64,000 nt of DNA from Callorhinchus milii (lineage: Eukaryota): contig NW_024704743.1 of assembly GCF_018977255.1 (NCBI RefSeq), positions 65,598,001 to 65,662,000 of the forward strand. The letters run 5' to 3'. This document shows positions 49,086-62,280 of this stretch, in pieces (the first letter of the stretch is position 1; every line of letters begins with the position of its first letter). The position numbers were made by a program, and so were the translations under genes. The notes under the pieces are model-generated. The model searched no databases. It saw only the letters and a list, made by a program, of their open reading frames with translations, and was not told the origin of the DNA.

Positions 49086-52000
49086 CATATGTATGACCCT
49101 AATCTAACAGGTGAAATAAATTAGGGTCTAATTTGTGGGTTCTGTTACCCATGTGTAAAGATGGATTTCAAGGTGACTTTCATCACATAAATAACGGCCA
49201 ATGGTTCTGTATGTTTCCCTCTTTACACATGCATTTAGACATGGTAGACACAACCTGCAAATTGGTCCACACTGGACGTTCTCTTACTCGTATCCTATTG
49301 ACTGGCAATTGTGTGCAGTAGATTTTACCTTGCTTCCAAATTGCCAGTTAGAAGGGACCTTGTTTTCTTGAAACACTTGGGATCCATTTTTCATCCAATT
49401 GACAAGCAAGTGACAGATTGATGTAAAATTGGACGAGTGAGTCATCGCGTTGCTCAGACTTGATGTCATTGCAAATTATGCACCTCTCTTTCTCTCTCCT
49501 GAACAAACAATTGATTTGTCTGTGATTCCTGACGCTCAATGGATGAAAGCTCCATATGGCGTGTGGCTTTCAGACCAAAAAGGTTCTAATTCTGATCTGA
49601 GCTTGTGCTACTTCAGCAGCTTCAGGGAAGGGACAGTCATTATTAGAATTAGCCTCATTGCTCCAGGGCTAGAGAAGGTGCATAATGTATCCATTTCTGA
49701 TCACCAACCCTGTTGGATGTGCATGTGTGGTTGGCAGTGTGGGCGGTATTGTCTCCATGGCTGATTAGTGAGGTTGAAGTTGTAATTTAAATTTAGAAAT
49801 TGAATTAAATTTAGTATTGAATATGAATTGCATTCATGTGCTGAAGGTAGACAGACTCCCTACTATCACCCGATACTGATCCCAATATGAGTGTCAATGA
49901 ATCTGGGCCAAGCATTTAACTCGTGGACTGATTAGAGAGATTGTGGCATTTTGCTAAACAAAACATGCTCTCCCAGTCAAAAATTACAATCCACAATCAG
50001 GAAATCAAATTTGCAACTTTGCATCACAGATACAGTATAATTATATTTACACAGTGCCATTCACATTGGGAGGACGTCTTAAAGCACTTTACACTGCAGA
50101 TGTTGGTGTTGAGAATGGTGGTGGTGGTGGGGCAGGTCTACCTCCAGCATGTCAGGGTAGTTCACATTGAATATTAAGGAATTAAGCCTCAATTCCCATG
50201 ACACACTCTATAATAATCTTTGCAGTGATATAGCAGCTTATTAGGTTGCCAATATGTTTCTAAGTGCTTTACAGGATGTTTTGTGAAGTGTAGTAACTGT
50301 GTATTTGTGAGCAAACGCGACAACTAAGTTGTACTCAGCAATGTCCCACAAACAGCTATAAAATGACCAATTTTATCTGAGGAATTCTTGGTCTGGATAT
50401 TCAGAAAAACATCATCTCTTTTCAAGGCAATCCAGGTCTCCCTCAGTTGGATTGATGCAACCCACTGAACTTTGCTCTATATGAGGACAAAGGGTTAAGG
50501 TCACTTCCCCACTCCCTCCCCCCTTGGCTGGTTGTCAAACTACGCCACTGTGAAGCGCTCTGGGACGCTACCCATGTGAAGGGCGCTATATAAAAGCAAA
50601 TGTTGTTGTTCAGGAGGGAGGGTAAACATCTTTGGGTTGAGGTAGTGTAAACATGTGGCTAATATATAAATATCTCACTGATAGATTGGGCTTTTTCGTT
50701 GTATTAACCATTCACGATTCCAACTATGATGTAATGTGACTTTTTAAAGCAGTGAGGATGTTAGGCCACCTTGCCTTCTCAATTGTTTTAAATCCTTTAT
50801 TTTTCCTGGCTTTGCCTGGCAGCTTCCTGAGCTGCCTTGAAGCAGATGTGTGGCAACTGCAATAAACAAACAAGGTTTCAGCTGCTAACTCTCATCACCA
50901 GAAAGCTTTTTGTAGATTTTTATTTATTTATTCATTTGTTTTAAATGTGTGTTTTTTTTGGTGTGTGGCAGAGAGGTACTGTGAATTGGTGTGTCCCCCC
51001 GATTTACATTTACTCAAGCACTGTATTGAGAACATTTTATGTGCTGAGTACATTCTGTTAGTTATGTGACTCTGAATACACCACACGCTTTTCACTAAAT
51101 TCAATGCAGGAAAGACGAGAGGTCACGTTAATAATGGAAGCGCTTCAGGATTGCATCCATTTAGGCAGGAAAGAAAATGCGTTTAAAAGATTTTATCCTG
51201 AGGGGCAGTTTGACCTTTGACTTGTACTGGTGCTTTTTGATTGGTAGAAGCAGACTGGGAGGGTGAAAAACAAAGCTTCTGTGTCAGAAAAGTCAAATGT
51301 AAATGAGGCTGCAGTCAGAGCACGCTCTGAATGGGCAGTCTGACTGTGGCTGCCAGAAGAGAGCTCCGAGCTGGAACAATTGCTGAATTCTATTCCATCT
51401 GGACAGGGGGGATTAAGCTGTTGCTGACTGAACAACTCCATTTACAGTCTAGTCCTGCAATCTCAGCTTTCCGAGCACTCTGGAAGTTCGTTTGTGCAGG
51501 TTTTATCACAGATTATGTAAGTAAGGAAGAAGGAAGGAAAACGCAGACTGGATAATCTTGAATGAAGTCCCAACTTTGTGTGTGGTGCTCCTGCTGTGCT
51601 GCCTTTTAACTAAAGTCTGGCAGACAGAACGGCAAACTGTTTAGCCTCTTCTGGTTCGGGTAAAACTGCAGTGTTTTAGCAGTTTCATCCTGTAGTACCT
51701 CTTCTTATGAAAGCTTTTCCATCACGACTACTTCTATTGGTAGGTAAACTGCGGTTTCAAAGATTGATGCATGTTGCTCTTGGCTGAATCATTAGACATT
51801 TAGCGGTCTACATGTAAACAGCTGGCACTGAAACATGATCTCCGAGTGTGTGAAAAAAAACTACTTCAGGGAAGCTATGTACTTTCAAACAAGTCTGTTT
51901 GTTTGCTAATACACAAGGACAAATTTGAAATACAGTATTGCATGACTCAAAGGCATTTATAGTGTCAGTGTTGAATTTCCAGGCTGCTTGATGGTGCTTT

Positions 52001-53319
52001 TTTTGCCGTATGTTAGCAGGAGACGAAGAGGACTGGTAATGAAGTGCGTCTCTCAAGAGATATATATTGGAACAACATGTTTTTAGTGGGTTTTGTGGTG
52101 GCAACAAATGCAGGGCTTGTCCTTGTTTTTGGAATTTGCTGGGCTGCTTCATTCAGCTGGTTTAATATTCTTTGCGTGATGTGGAGAGTTGCTAATAACT
52201 ACACATCTTGAAGGATGCCTATTTCATGGGCCCAAGTAGGAAATGGCGGCAGCTGACCACATTCCTAAGCTCGCAGGGGCATGTTGAGGTCACCAAGAGG
52301 TTTCTCCAAAATTCCTGTAAAATACAGGATTTGACCATTTGAGAGAAAAAGGGACATACTACATTCAGACTGCTCTGAAGTGATCTTCTCATCACTAAGA
52401 AAAAAATGTGCCAGTACAAGGATTTGAAGGAACGGGGCGGAAGCAGTGTGATGGGAAGTAAGGTGGTGCCCGGAACTGCCATGATTTGACACTCGAGTCT
52501 GAATGGAGTCTTCGTCCCTCCGTTTAGCCTCAGTTTCAGCGGATTGACTAGTGGAATTGTCTGGTTTTACGTAGTATGTAACAGCACAGAAAAAGCTTGT
52601 ATGGTCCACAAGTTTGTGCTTGTTTTTTGTCCACATGAGCCACCCAGTTTAACACTGCTCACTCCCCATATTCCTCTATTTCAGTCATTTAATCTACTTT
52701 CAGAATAATTTATAGGCTTTTCATTAACATCGGTTTGTGGCATAGAATTCCACATTCCAACCATCCTCTGTGTAAAGAAATTCTTTCCAATCTTCCTTTT
52801 AATTCTTTTTGTAATTATATTGGGTTTTACGCTAGCTTTTCTTCCATTTCTCCTCCGCTGAAGATATTGCCTCACTCCAGGCTGCAGTCCTCTGGTACCT
52901 TGCCCAAACAGCCATTCTTTGTGCGTGAGTCTAGATCGTGAGTGTCACCAGGCTATTAAACCTCCACAGATTGCAGCTGAACCCAATTTCTGTTCTCATG
53001 TGGACATTTTTCAGTGGGGATTGTTAGACGATCATCAGGAGCACACACTGGCTAGTTTTGTTCCCCCTCCTAGCCCAGGAGAATGGCTTCCAATTGTGGT
53101 GCGTCACTGTCTGCTTCATGCTCCCACCCGATCTGTCCCAAACTTTCTGGGCACGCTTTCAGTCTTTTTGCCCCGTTCTCTGAAACTCCAGCCTATAGTT
53201 CCTCTGCTTTACCCACACCATCCCACCTTAAGAGCTGTCACTGACCACGTTTTCCGCTACCTTACCCGCTTCCTCAACTCCTTCCCCAATCTCAGACTCC
53301 TCGTCAGCTGTGTGAAGTC

Positions 53320-53800
53320 CTTGCTAAACTCCACTGGCTCCCTGTCACAGAGCCGATCGACTTCAAGATCCTCACTCTAGTGTTTAAATCCCTCCATTCC
53401 TTGGCATCCCCTCTATCTCTCTAACCTCCTCTCTCCCCACAGCAGTACCCGATGCCTCCACTCTACTGGGTCCAGCCTCCTCCGTGTCCCCTGAATCCTC
53501 AGCTCCACCATCGGCGGCCATGTTTTCAGCCATTACGGCACCGAAACTTTGGAACTCCCTCCCTCAACTCCTTCTCCTCGCCCCCATCTTCAGATCGCGC
53601 CTGAAGATCTTCCTCTTCGACTGCGCCTACGGTCACCTTCCCCCTACCCCTGGCTTGGTCTCGGGCTCCACCATTGTTAAATGCTCTGAGGCGCCATCCG
53701 GAGTGGAGGACGCTAAATAAATGCAAGTTGTTGTTGTTGTTGATGTGCTTTGATAGGTTCCCATCATGTGAAAGTCACCATATAAATGTAAATTGTTGTT
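53320..53800 (+). mobile_element. L2 3' fragment followed by a second L2 tail
   Basis: ctccactggctccctgtc...atcgacttcaagatcctcact; two successive aaatg(c/t)aa(ttg)n tails. Confidence 0.8.
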
Positions 53801-54589
53801 ACTCCAACTGCTGTGATTGTTGAAATGAGTTAATTGAGCACTTGTCAGGAATGCAACCTCTGATCTGTATGACTCAGGACAACACTGGATATGCTTTACT
53901 GACTATCCCATCGGGGAATCCCAGGAGTTGCCTCGTACCTATACTGGATTGAGCTTGAGTTTCACTTAATAATTAGCATTTTGGGGGGATATTTCTTAAA
54001 GTAGCTCTGACAACTCATTTGTGTGTGTGGGGAGAGAATGGGATCACCAGTCTGTTGTAGTGAGAATGGGACATCAGTCCATGAGGAAGAATCAGAAAAC
54101 CTGCCAATCGGAAAAACAGCAAACTGCATGAAGCCTTGAGACATTAAAATATAATGTCTGAACGTTTCGCTCACAAAATATAGAGTCAATTCATTTTACA
54201 GTATATTGTGTGAAGTGCTTTGAGACGTATCAAAGACGTGATGAGGGGCTATATCAAATGCAAGGATTATTATTATTTTTATAAACTCGTCTCCTCTAGA
54301 GAACCCTGATGCACTGACTCGTGAGATGCTGCCTGGAGCAAATTTCTCACTGGGTAGAGTGGCATACATAGGTTCCCAAAAGCCATGCACTTTACATTTT
54401 GAGGTGTTGTTTACCAACACAGGGTACTATATCTGCTGCTGTTTTGAGACAATCACATTATAATGAAATTAATAAAAGTCTCTTGGAGATCAGAAGGCAT
54501 GTTTTCACAGAATGCTTTGTGAGAATGTGGATTCACTGTCCCAGGAACCTATGATTGCATATCTATTGGAGAATTTAAGAAGATGATGA

Positions 54590-54980
54590 TAACAATAACG
54601 GTAATCCTTGTATTTAATTATAGCATCTTTCATGTTCACAGGGTTTGCTGTAAAGTGTGTAGTAAGCGTATTTCATAGGTGAATGCGGTAGCCAATTTGC
54701 ACACAACAATATCCCATAAATAGCTGTGAACTGAATGAATTATTGTCTAGGACACCTGGAAAAGCTCCCTTCTCTTTTTCAAATAGTGGCATGGGATCTT
54801 TAAAATCCACCTTAACAACCTTGATTTAACATCTCATCTGAAGGATGGCACCTTCACCAATATGCCTCCCCCAGCACTGTATTCAAGTGACTTGAGTTCA
54901 AAATAGAAAAATGTGGGACTCAAACCTACAACCTTGTGCCTCAGAAGCGCGAGTGCTACCAATTTGTCTCGGCTGACACC
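54590..54980 (-). mobile_element. Old Deu-domain-type SINE
   Basis: aatagtggcatgggatctt...tttaacatctcatctgaaggatggcacc...ggctgacac (reverse core and head). Confidence 0.75.
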
Positions 54981-55099
54981 TGACTAAATAGTTGGTTGGG
55001 AAGTAAAAGTGTGAAACAATAAGGGGTAATGGGATTAATACCTCTGCCATGATAAAATAAAATGGCTAATCAAGCTCGACAAGCTGAATGACCTTATAA

Positions 55100-56242
55100 G
55101 AGACTTATAAACAAAATTAAAGCTATAAAAGGGACTGTGGTGACATGGATCCAGAACTGGCTAGGAGACAGAAAGCAGAGAGTAGAAGTAATTGGTTGGT
55201 TTTCTGACTGAAGGGAGGTGTGTAGTGTTGTCCCTCAGCGGTCAGTATTGGGACCTCTACTATTTCTGATCTATATTAATGATCTGGACCTGGATATAGG
55301 GAGCACAATTTCCAAATTTGCAGACGATACTAAGCTAGGAAAAGTAGTTAATGGTGAGGAGGATACCACCAGACTCCAAGAGGACTTAGATAGACTGGTA
55401 AAGTGGGCAGAAACATAGCAGATGAGGTTTAATGTGGAGAAATGCGAAGTGTTGCATTTTGGTAGGAAGAATGAGGAGAGGTAGTATAAGCTAGATGATA
55501 CAATCTTAAAGGGGGCAACTAAACAGAAAGACCTGGGTTTCCACATATCTACCTGTCCTGCCACCTTCTGAAGATGGCAGGACAGGTAGATAAAGCTGTT
55601 AAAAAAGCATACGGGATACTAGGTTTTATAAATGGGAGCATAGAATTCAAAAGTCAGGAGATTATGTTGAATATTTATGCAATGCTGATTATGCCTCAGT
55701 TGGAGTACTGTGTTCAGTTCTGGTCACCGCACTTTAGGAGAGATGTTAGGGCATTGGAGAGGGTGCAAAGAAGGTTTATCAGGATGGTACCAGGAATGAA
55801 GGACCTTAGTTATGAGGAGAGGTTAGCAAAACTAGGATTATTTTCCCTAGAGCAGAGAAGATTAAGAGGGGATTTAATAGTGATTTTCAAGATCATGAGA
55901 GGATTTGATAGGTTGAACTGGGAAAAACTGTTTCCACTGGCATGTGGGTCAGTAACCCGAGGACACCGATTTAAGTTAGTTGTTAAAAGAAAGAGAGGGG
56001 AAGTTCGGAAAAAAAAATTAATATAGCAAGTTGTTCGGATCTGGAATGCATTACCTGAAAGGGTAGTGGAAGCCGATTCAATAACAACTTTTAAGAGAGA
56101 AGTAAATGGATATTTGGGGAGGACAGGATTGTAGGGCTATGGAGAAAAGCGGGCCAATGGGATTGAGTTGGATAACTCTTTTCGGAGCTGGCTCTGACAC
56201 GATGGGCAGAATGGTCTCTTTCTGTGCTGTATGATTCTATGA
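55100..56242 (+). mobile_element. CR1 LINE 3' 1.1 kb: RT domain C-terminal half and 3' UTR, inactivated
   Basis: VPQRSVLGPLLFLIYINDL...SKFADDTKL; LEYCVQFWSPHF...LFSLEQRRLRGDLI; in-frame stops; tail gtatgattctatga. Confidence 0.95.
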
Positions 56243-56914
56243 CCTCCTCTTACTATCTTTGTGTGTGTTTAAATCAGCACCACTGGAGTTACAGAGCATT
56301 GTCATTGATGGCATGAGACAGTCATGAGGCACTCTTTATTGTCACTATATATGCTTCACACTGGTGCGTGTTTCATGTAAGATTTCTGTTGTGCGTATGT
56401 GTAGGGATCCCTTCAACGGAACCTGCAGATGCACAGAAAGAAGGCGTTAGCTGAACACCACTAATATGTGATGCTGTCCTGTGTCATCTGCTGCTCCAGC
56501 AGCACTTGCTGATTAGCAGAAAATGATCCCATGAACCTGGGCAAAGCTGCACCTACACCACCTCAGTGAGACCTCAGGAGGAGGATCATCGATGGTGCTA
56601 AAGTCATCAATTAAACAGGCCATTTGTAAATGAACCTTCTTTCCTCATTTAAATGATAATCCACCAAAATATAAACAGTGCTTGATGTGCAACTTATTGT
56701 AGTGCACATTTGCTGTATAATTTACTGTTTGGTATTATCTTTTGCTTGCCTGATGTCAATGGCAAGTGAAGTAACTGGTAGTTTGAACATGATTGCAATG
56801 TTGTCTGTCATTTGGCTCAGTTGGTAGCATTCTCGCCTTAGAAAGTTGTGGATTTAAGCCACATGTCAGGATGTGAACTCGCCGTTGAAAGCTTAATAAT
56901 AAAAATTATTATGT

Positions 56915-57104
56915 TTTTGAAGGGATTATTACCCCCAGAAAGCGATCTGCCAATTGACTAACGATCAGGTTCCTACTTCCTGCTCGGTAAACAGAGGCTA
57001 TGTGGAGAAAGGAAACTTGCCTAACGTTTCGCCCTGCCTGGGAATCAAACCCGGGTTCTCTCTCTTGCGAGGTGGGTGATCTAACCAATACTGGACAGGA
57101 CTCC
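56915..57104 (-). mobile_element. 5' half of long-subfamily SINE
   Basis: ggaaacttgcctaacgtttcgccctgcctgggaatcaaacccggg...caggactcc. Confidence 0.8.
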
Positions 57105-59536
57105 TTATGGATATAAAGCAAGGCAGAGGGATTGAATGAACACTTTGCTCTGAGAGCTGGTGCATAATTGTTAGGCCGAATGGCCTTCTTCTCTGCAGCT
57201 AATTTCTATGATTCTATGCATCCAATGGCAGGCTGAAGACCTTTCTTGTCTAGTAGGGAAGGCAGAGTTGCAAATAAACTGGGCCATGAATGGTTCTCAG
57301 TAATGGGCCGCTTGTGATCTAGACTCGCCCCTCCTACCACACACACCTCTCAAATAGTGGACATGCTGTTGGAAAATGTGAGGCACTCTCTTTTCCGAGT
57401 CTGAATTATGTTAAACTGTGGCCAAACAGTGGTACATTCGTGCTTTACTGCCAACTCACTGTGGGGCTCATTTTATCTAACAAGACAGCTTTATAAACAA
57501 TAATTTAAAAAACTTGTGCTTGATATAATAGCGCATTTCACGAAGAAGGATATGTCAAAGTGCTTCACAGGATTAACTGTAAAGTGTAGTGGTTGTGTAT
57601 TTTAGAGCCAAATGCTTAAATCAATGTCAAGTTTCAGCCAACTGAACCCAATGCGCACATTTAGTACTCCAAAAACTGAAGGAGCTGTGTGCTTTCCTCC
57701 CTTTTGAAATTTATGAAAGGCTGTAATTCAGCGAATAGTTTCATTGCAATGAGGGAGTGTTTGTGAAAGAATGAGGCAGTTCACTTTCCAGCTCATTGGA
57801 ATGCAACATTTTGTTTTTCCGCTGAAGCCGCAAGAAATTACCAGAGAATGGCATGTGTGATGAGGGAGTATGAAAAAAGGAATCTTTGTTGGCTTTGGGT
57901 CTGATTTGCAACATTAACACAAGTATCTGTAAAAAGTGAACCCTGCAGGTACCCCCGCCCTCCCCCTGACTGTGGCTCAGATTAACCTTCTCTGTCGGAT
58001 TTGCTGCTCGAGCTGAAGTTTGCTAGACCTGCGAGCCAATTAGATAACCCCCTCATATTGTACAACCACCTCCTTCCCAATCCACCAGATAATGTGCTTG
58101 CAATTCTCGTGGTCGCCCAGAGTTCTGATAAATACCATTCCAATCTCAAGCCCTCACCTTGTGGTTGCCATGCTGAAACATCTGTTATCTTTCTAGATAA
58201 AAGCAGAGAGCATTGATATGAAATAGGTATACAAGCTTGTGCAAGCCCCTGTTTGAACAATCTACCAAGGTCTCTCTTGGCAGATAGCTTCTGATGTTGC
58301 CAAGTTATCCTTACTATGCTAGGAATTTGGGCGGTCTTTCATGTTTCATTGATTTTCAGATAGGTTTATCTCATCCTGGTGCTTGTGACAACATGCTTGT
58401 TGGATTTGACTGAGACGAGCGTTTTGAGTTATAATTTTACTTTTTGAAATGCCGGATTTGTCAAGCAGATGTCTAGCCTTTATGGCAGGTTAACACTTTT
58501 GAGCACTGAATGAGGTTTATAGTTGTCAGAATGCACAAAACCTACCTTATAACATCTGCCAAGAGAAATTGTTTGGATATTATTTATTCAGAGCCTTAAT
58601 ATAGAATTAAAGGATTGCAGACATGCAGTAGTATTGAGTTCACATAGGTCTACTGTGTCAGCTTGGCTGCTAATACCCTCGCTTCCAGGTCAAAGGTTGT
58701 GGGTTCAACCCTCACATCGGGACTTCAGCTCATAGTGTAAGGCTGACATAACAATCCGGAGGAATGTCTTTTGGATGAGATGTTAACTCATGGCAATACA
58801 AATGCAGGTATTTGTCTTCCTGAGGAATGAGTCATTTATGAAGTCCTGTCGCATATCAGTTAGAGCACTTGCCTCACCAGCGAGAGAAACCAAATACGAT
58901 TCTGAAGGAAGGTTAGCACCTCAGATAACACAGCACACCCCAGTACTGCATTGGAGTGTAAGCTTAGAACATCTGAGTTCCAAGTCCTGACAGGGAACTT
59001 GAACCCACTACCTTCTGGCTCAGAGGCAAGAGTGCTATCAACTAAGCCACAAATTTAATTCACTTTATTCCCACACAGTGATCAAACTGTGGTCAAGTTT
59101 GTTTGGGCTTGCACAAGTTTGTTAATACCTGCTTGCTTTTGTATCGATACCTCTGGATACAGAGCTGAGGATACAGTGTGCCTTTTTATGGCCTTATCCA
59201 CCACCTTTAATGACTCTGCATCTGCACGTCAAGGTCCCTCTTCTCTTCTGCGTCATTTGAAATGTTTAGCATTTGTTTAGCATTGCCATTGCCCTTATCA
59301 TACCACCTATTAGCCTATCTGCATCCTCCAGCACTCGTTCACTATTCACATAACAATTTGCCATGCCTCTCGATTTCATGTCACCAAGCAGTTTTAAGAT
59401 ACTTCAACAAGTCTTGATCATTGTGTACAGTAAATAAGAGCTGGCTGAACATAGACGCTAAAAAATCCACTCCTAAAAGTATTAATATGTGCTGGCTGTA
59501 GTTCCATGGAAGACATCTCGCTATTGATAACTACTT

Positions 59537-59873
59537 GGAGTCCTGTAGCTCAGTGGTTAGAGCACTCGCTTTGCAAGCGAGAAACCTGAGTTCAATTCCA
59601 GGCAGAGGGCGAAACCTTGGGCAAGTTTCCTTACTCCACACAGAGCCTAATAATAATCCCTCCAAAAACAAAAAACAATAATAAAATTGGTCATTTTCAA
59701 TCTACGACTGTTTGTGGGACATTGCTGTGCGCAATTGGCTGCCGCGTTCGCCCACAAATATACAGTCAATTCACTTTACAGTGTGTTCTGTGAAGCGCTT
59801 TGGGACGTCCTCCCGATGTGAAAAGCGCTATATCAAATGCAAGGATTATTATTATTATTTATTATTATTATTA
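59537..59873 (+). mobile_element. Full-length young tRNA(Ala)-derived SINE, short subfamily
   Basis: Near-identical to the other young copies; long (ATT)n tail. Confidence 0.92.
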
Positions 59874-59876
59874 CTG

Positions 59877-60238
59877 TGTGTCAACCTAACTCAATCAGTA
59901 GCTCTCTAGCTATTAGCTACGCTCAACTCCAGTGCAATCAATGCATTGTCGAAAGTGTCACCCTCTGGATAAGATATTAAACTGAGGTCCCGTCTGTCTG
60001 TTAAGGATCCCATGACACTACTTGAAAAGAATAAGGAGTTTCTTCCAGTGTCTTGGCCAACAACCCCTCAGATTAAATCGAATCACTTTTTTTCTGGGAC
60101 ATTGCTCTTCACAAATCGATGGCCTTGTTTGTCTGTAAAATATGTAGTCACTGCACCCAACAGCAAATCCTGTGTGACACTTTGAGATGTTTCAATGATT
60201 TGATAAGGCTTTATATCAAATGCAAGGATTATTATTAC
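59877..60238 (+). mobile_element. Old Deu-domain-type SINE directly behind the young SINE
   Basis: tgtgtcaacctaactcaatcagtagc head; gatattaaactgaggtcccgtctgtctg core; (ATT)n tail. Confidence 0.75.
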
Positions 60239-60565
60239 TGTGTGTGAACCCAGGAAATTTAAGGGATAGGAGTATGACCTGGAAACTTCTTTCAATATTT
60301 GATATCTTGAAATCAGCCCAAAGTTAATTTGATTGAATAAAATTGCCATAGGATCCTTTGAAACCTGCCCACTCAGTGTGACAAGTTAAACAAAGATCAT
60401 TTGAAACTCCCCAGGTGAAGGTGTGCTTCACTGGCATTTCTCCAAGAAACAAAAGTAAACCTTTGTTTGTCACCATGTACAATGCTATCAGCGACCTGGT
60501 TGCAAAGGTTGGGCGTACAAAAGTGCATTAACCATTTACATTGCATGCCATCTTTACTTTCCTAG

Positions 60566-60740
60566 ATCCCCGCAGTTACATGGAAGCAGTGAATCACTCA
60601 TCGGTAACTTCAGATGGTGGTGTGGTCACAAATCCTAGCCTGTACAGCAGTGACGTTCAGATGACAAATCCTGCCTACCAACAATCCTTTGGCTCTATGT
60701 GCTCAGTCTCCACAAGCAGCCCTGTGTCCAGGACAGAAAG
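60566..60740 (+). CDS. TNS3: Tensin-3 coding exon: DPRSYMEAVNHSSVTSDGG...PAYQQSFGSMCSVSTSSPVSRTE
   Basis: tttcctag| acceptor, AAG|gtagga donor; 175 nt, phase 1 to 2; resembles human EPRSCPETLTHAV...PSFQQAFASSCTISS. Confidence 0.85.
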
Positions 60741-61279
60741 GTAGGAAACTGATGCCTGGCAATATCATTCTGAGTAAATGACTTTGACCCACAGTCACTG
60801 AAGTCTATGGAGAAGGGTAGCTCACCAAACAACAATTCAGAATTGGTTGTTTTTTCCGAGGTAATATGAGATTTGAAAGAAGTACTTAAATGTTGACTTC
60901 AACTTTGGTTACCTTATGGAATGCATTTTACAAGGTTTCGCAGGTCACTGTTGATATCACATTCTGCACAGTTGTGTCACATTGGCAGCACTTTCTGTGA
61001 ATGCATGCAGGAAGTGATCTGGAAGTCAGCCATTTTTTAAGCCAGGCAGTCAATGCTAGAAGCTGGATGCAGCATGCTTCCACTTAGCATGGGTTCACAG
61101 TGGTAAGCTGTATTAAAGGGCACTACAGTGGAGTTCCCCGTTGCCAAACCTTTGTCAAGAAGCATATTTCATCTATTAAATTATGAAGAAGGACATGTTA
61201 TTGCATGAGTTCTGACCCACTTGAAGGCAGGACTGAACTGTTGGATTTTATCTTATTATAAATGGGTGTGCATTCACAA

Positions 61280-61410
61280 AATCATAGAATTATACAGCAT
61301 GGAAGGAGGCCATTTGGCCCATCGTGCCTGTGCTGACTCTTTGAAAAGAGCTATCCAAATCAATCCCACTCCCCCCCTCTCTCCCCATAGCTCTGCAAAC
61401 TTGTCCTCCC
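61280..61410 (-). mobile_element. CR1 3' UTR fragment
   Basis: atcatagaattatacagcatggaaggaggccatttggcccatcgtgcctgtgc. Confidence 0.75.
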
Positions 61411-62023
61411 CAAATAATTATCTACGTCTCTCTTAAAAGTTGTTATCGCTAATTGAAAGAATGCTCAAAATAGTTTTTAAAAAGAAAAATAATCATTTTC
61501 TCCCTAGATACAATTTCTTCAAAAACAGTACTTCAAATGTTGAAAGCCCTGCACTGGAATGTTATAAAGGTTCAGCCATTTTTGGTCAGCCCTTTATCAA
61601 TTATGATAATTCCTGTATTTACAGAGTACAGTTTACAGTTGTTAGTTTCTTCTATGATCCATGAAGCAATTATTCTATTAATATCATCAGGCTTTGCATT
61701 ATAGGGATGCTGACAGTATGATACTAGTACAGTGAGTTTTATCCTCTTTTACATTTCAAGTTTGCTACCTGAGACAAGCCACCTTCAGAAAACTAATTAT
61801 GTAAAATAACTGATTTTTCCATTGCCAGATATTTTGTTTTGGAGTCCGATCTCCCATTGTGCATGCAAGTGGTCGCATTGCCTGTGTATCCCAATGGTCT
61901 GATTCCATGATAGAAGTGACCAGAACTGGTGACTTTCAGTGACTGTCTCAACAGCATTGCACAAGTATTGTGTTGCAATCAAGACTTTTGTACAAGTACG
62001 AAACACCATTAATTTTATTTTTA

Positions 62024-62280
62024 TAACAATACCTTGAATTTATTTGGCGCCCTTCACGTGGGTGATGCCTCAGAGCATTTCACAGTGGCAGGTTTGGTTG
62101 CCAAGCAAAGGGGAAGATGGAGGTGACCACAAGTGTGGTCAAAGTTTTAAAGTGGGATTTGAAGATGGTTAAAGAGGGATGAGGCAAGGAGTTCCATGGT
62201 TAGGGATGTAGTGGTTCAAGGTTTGGCCCCCGATGGTGCAGAGGAGGGGTCAGTGATGCAGTGCAGGCCTGTGTCAGCTG
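62024..62280 (-). mobile_element. Decayed L2 3' fragment
   Basis: aacaataccttgaatttatttggcgcccttcacg tail; gagttccatggttaggg...cccccgatggtg. Confidence 0.65.

Noticed and set aside
55218..56026. Functional reverse transcriptase gene
   Set aside because: 5'-truncated CR1 copy with in-frame stops and frameshifts
56405..56443. 39-nt in-frame microexon GIPSTEPADAQKE
   Set aside because: Would need a GC donor (AAG|gcgtta) with a poor match to the GC-AG consensus; the nearby GT gives a frameshift
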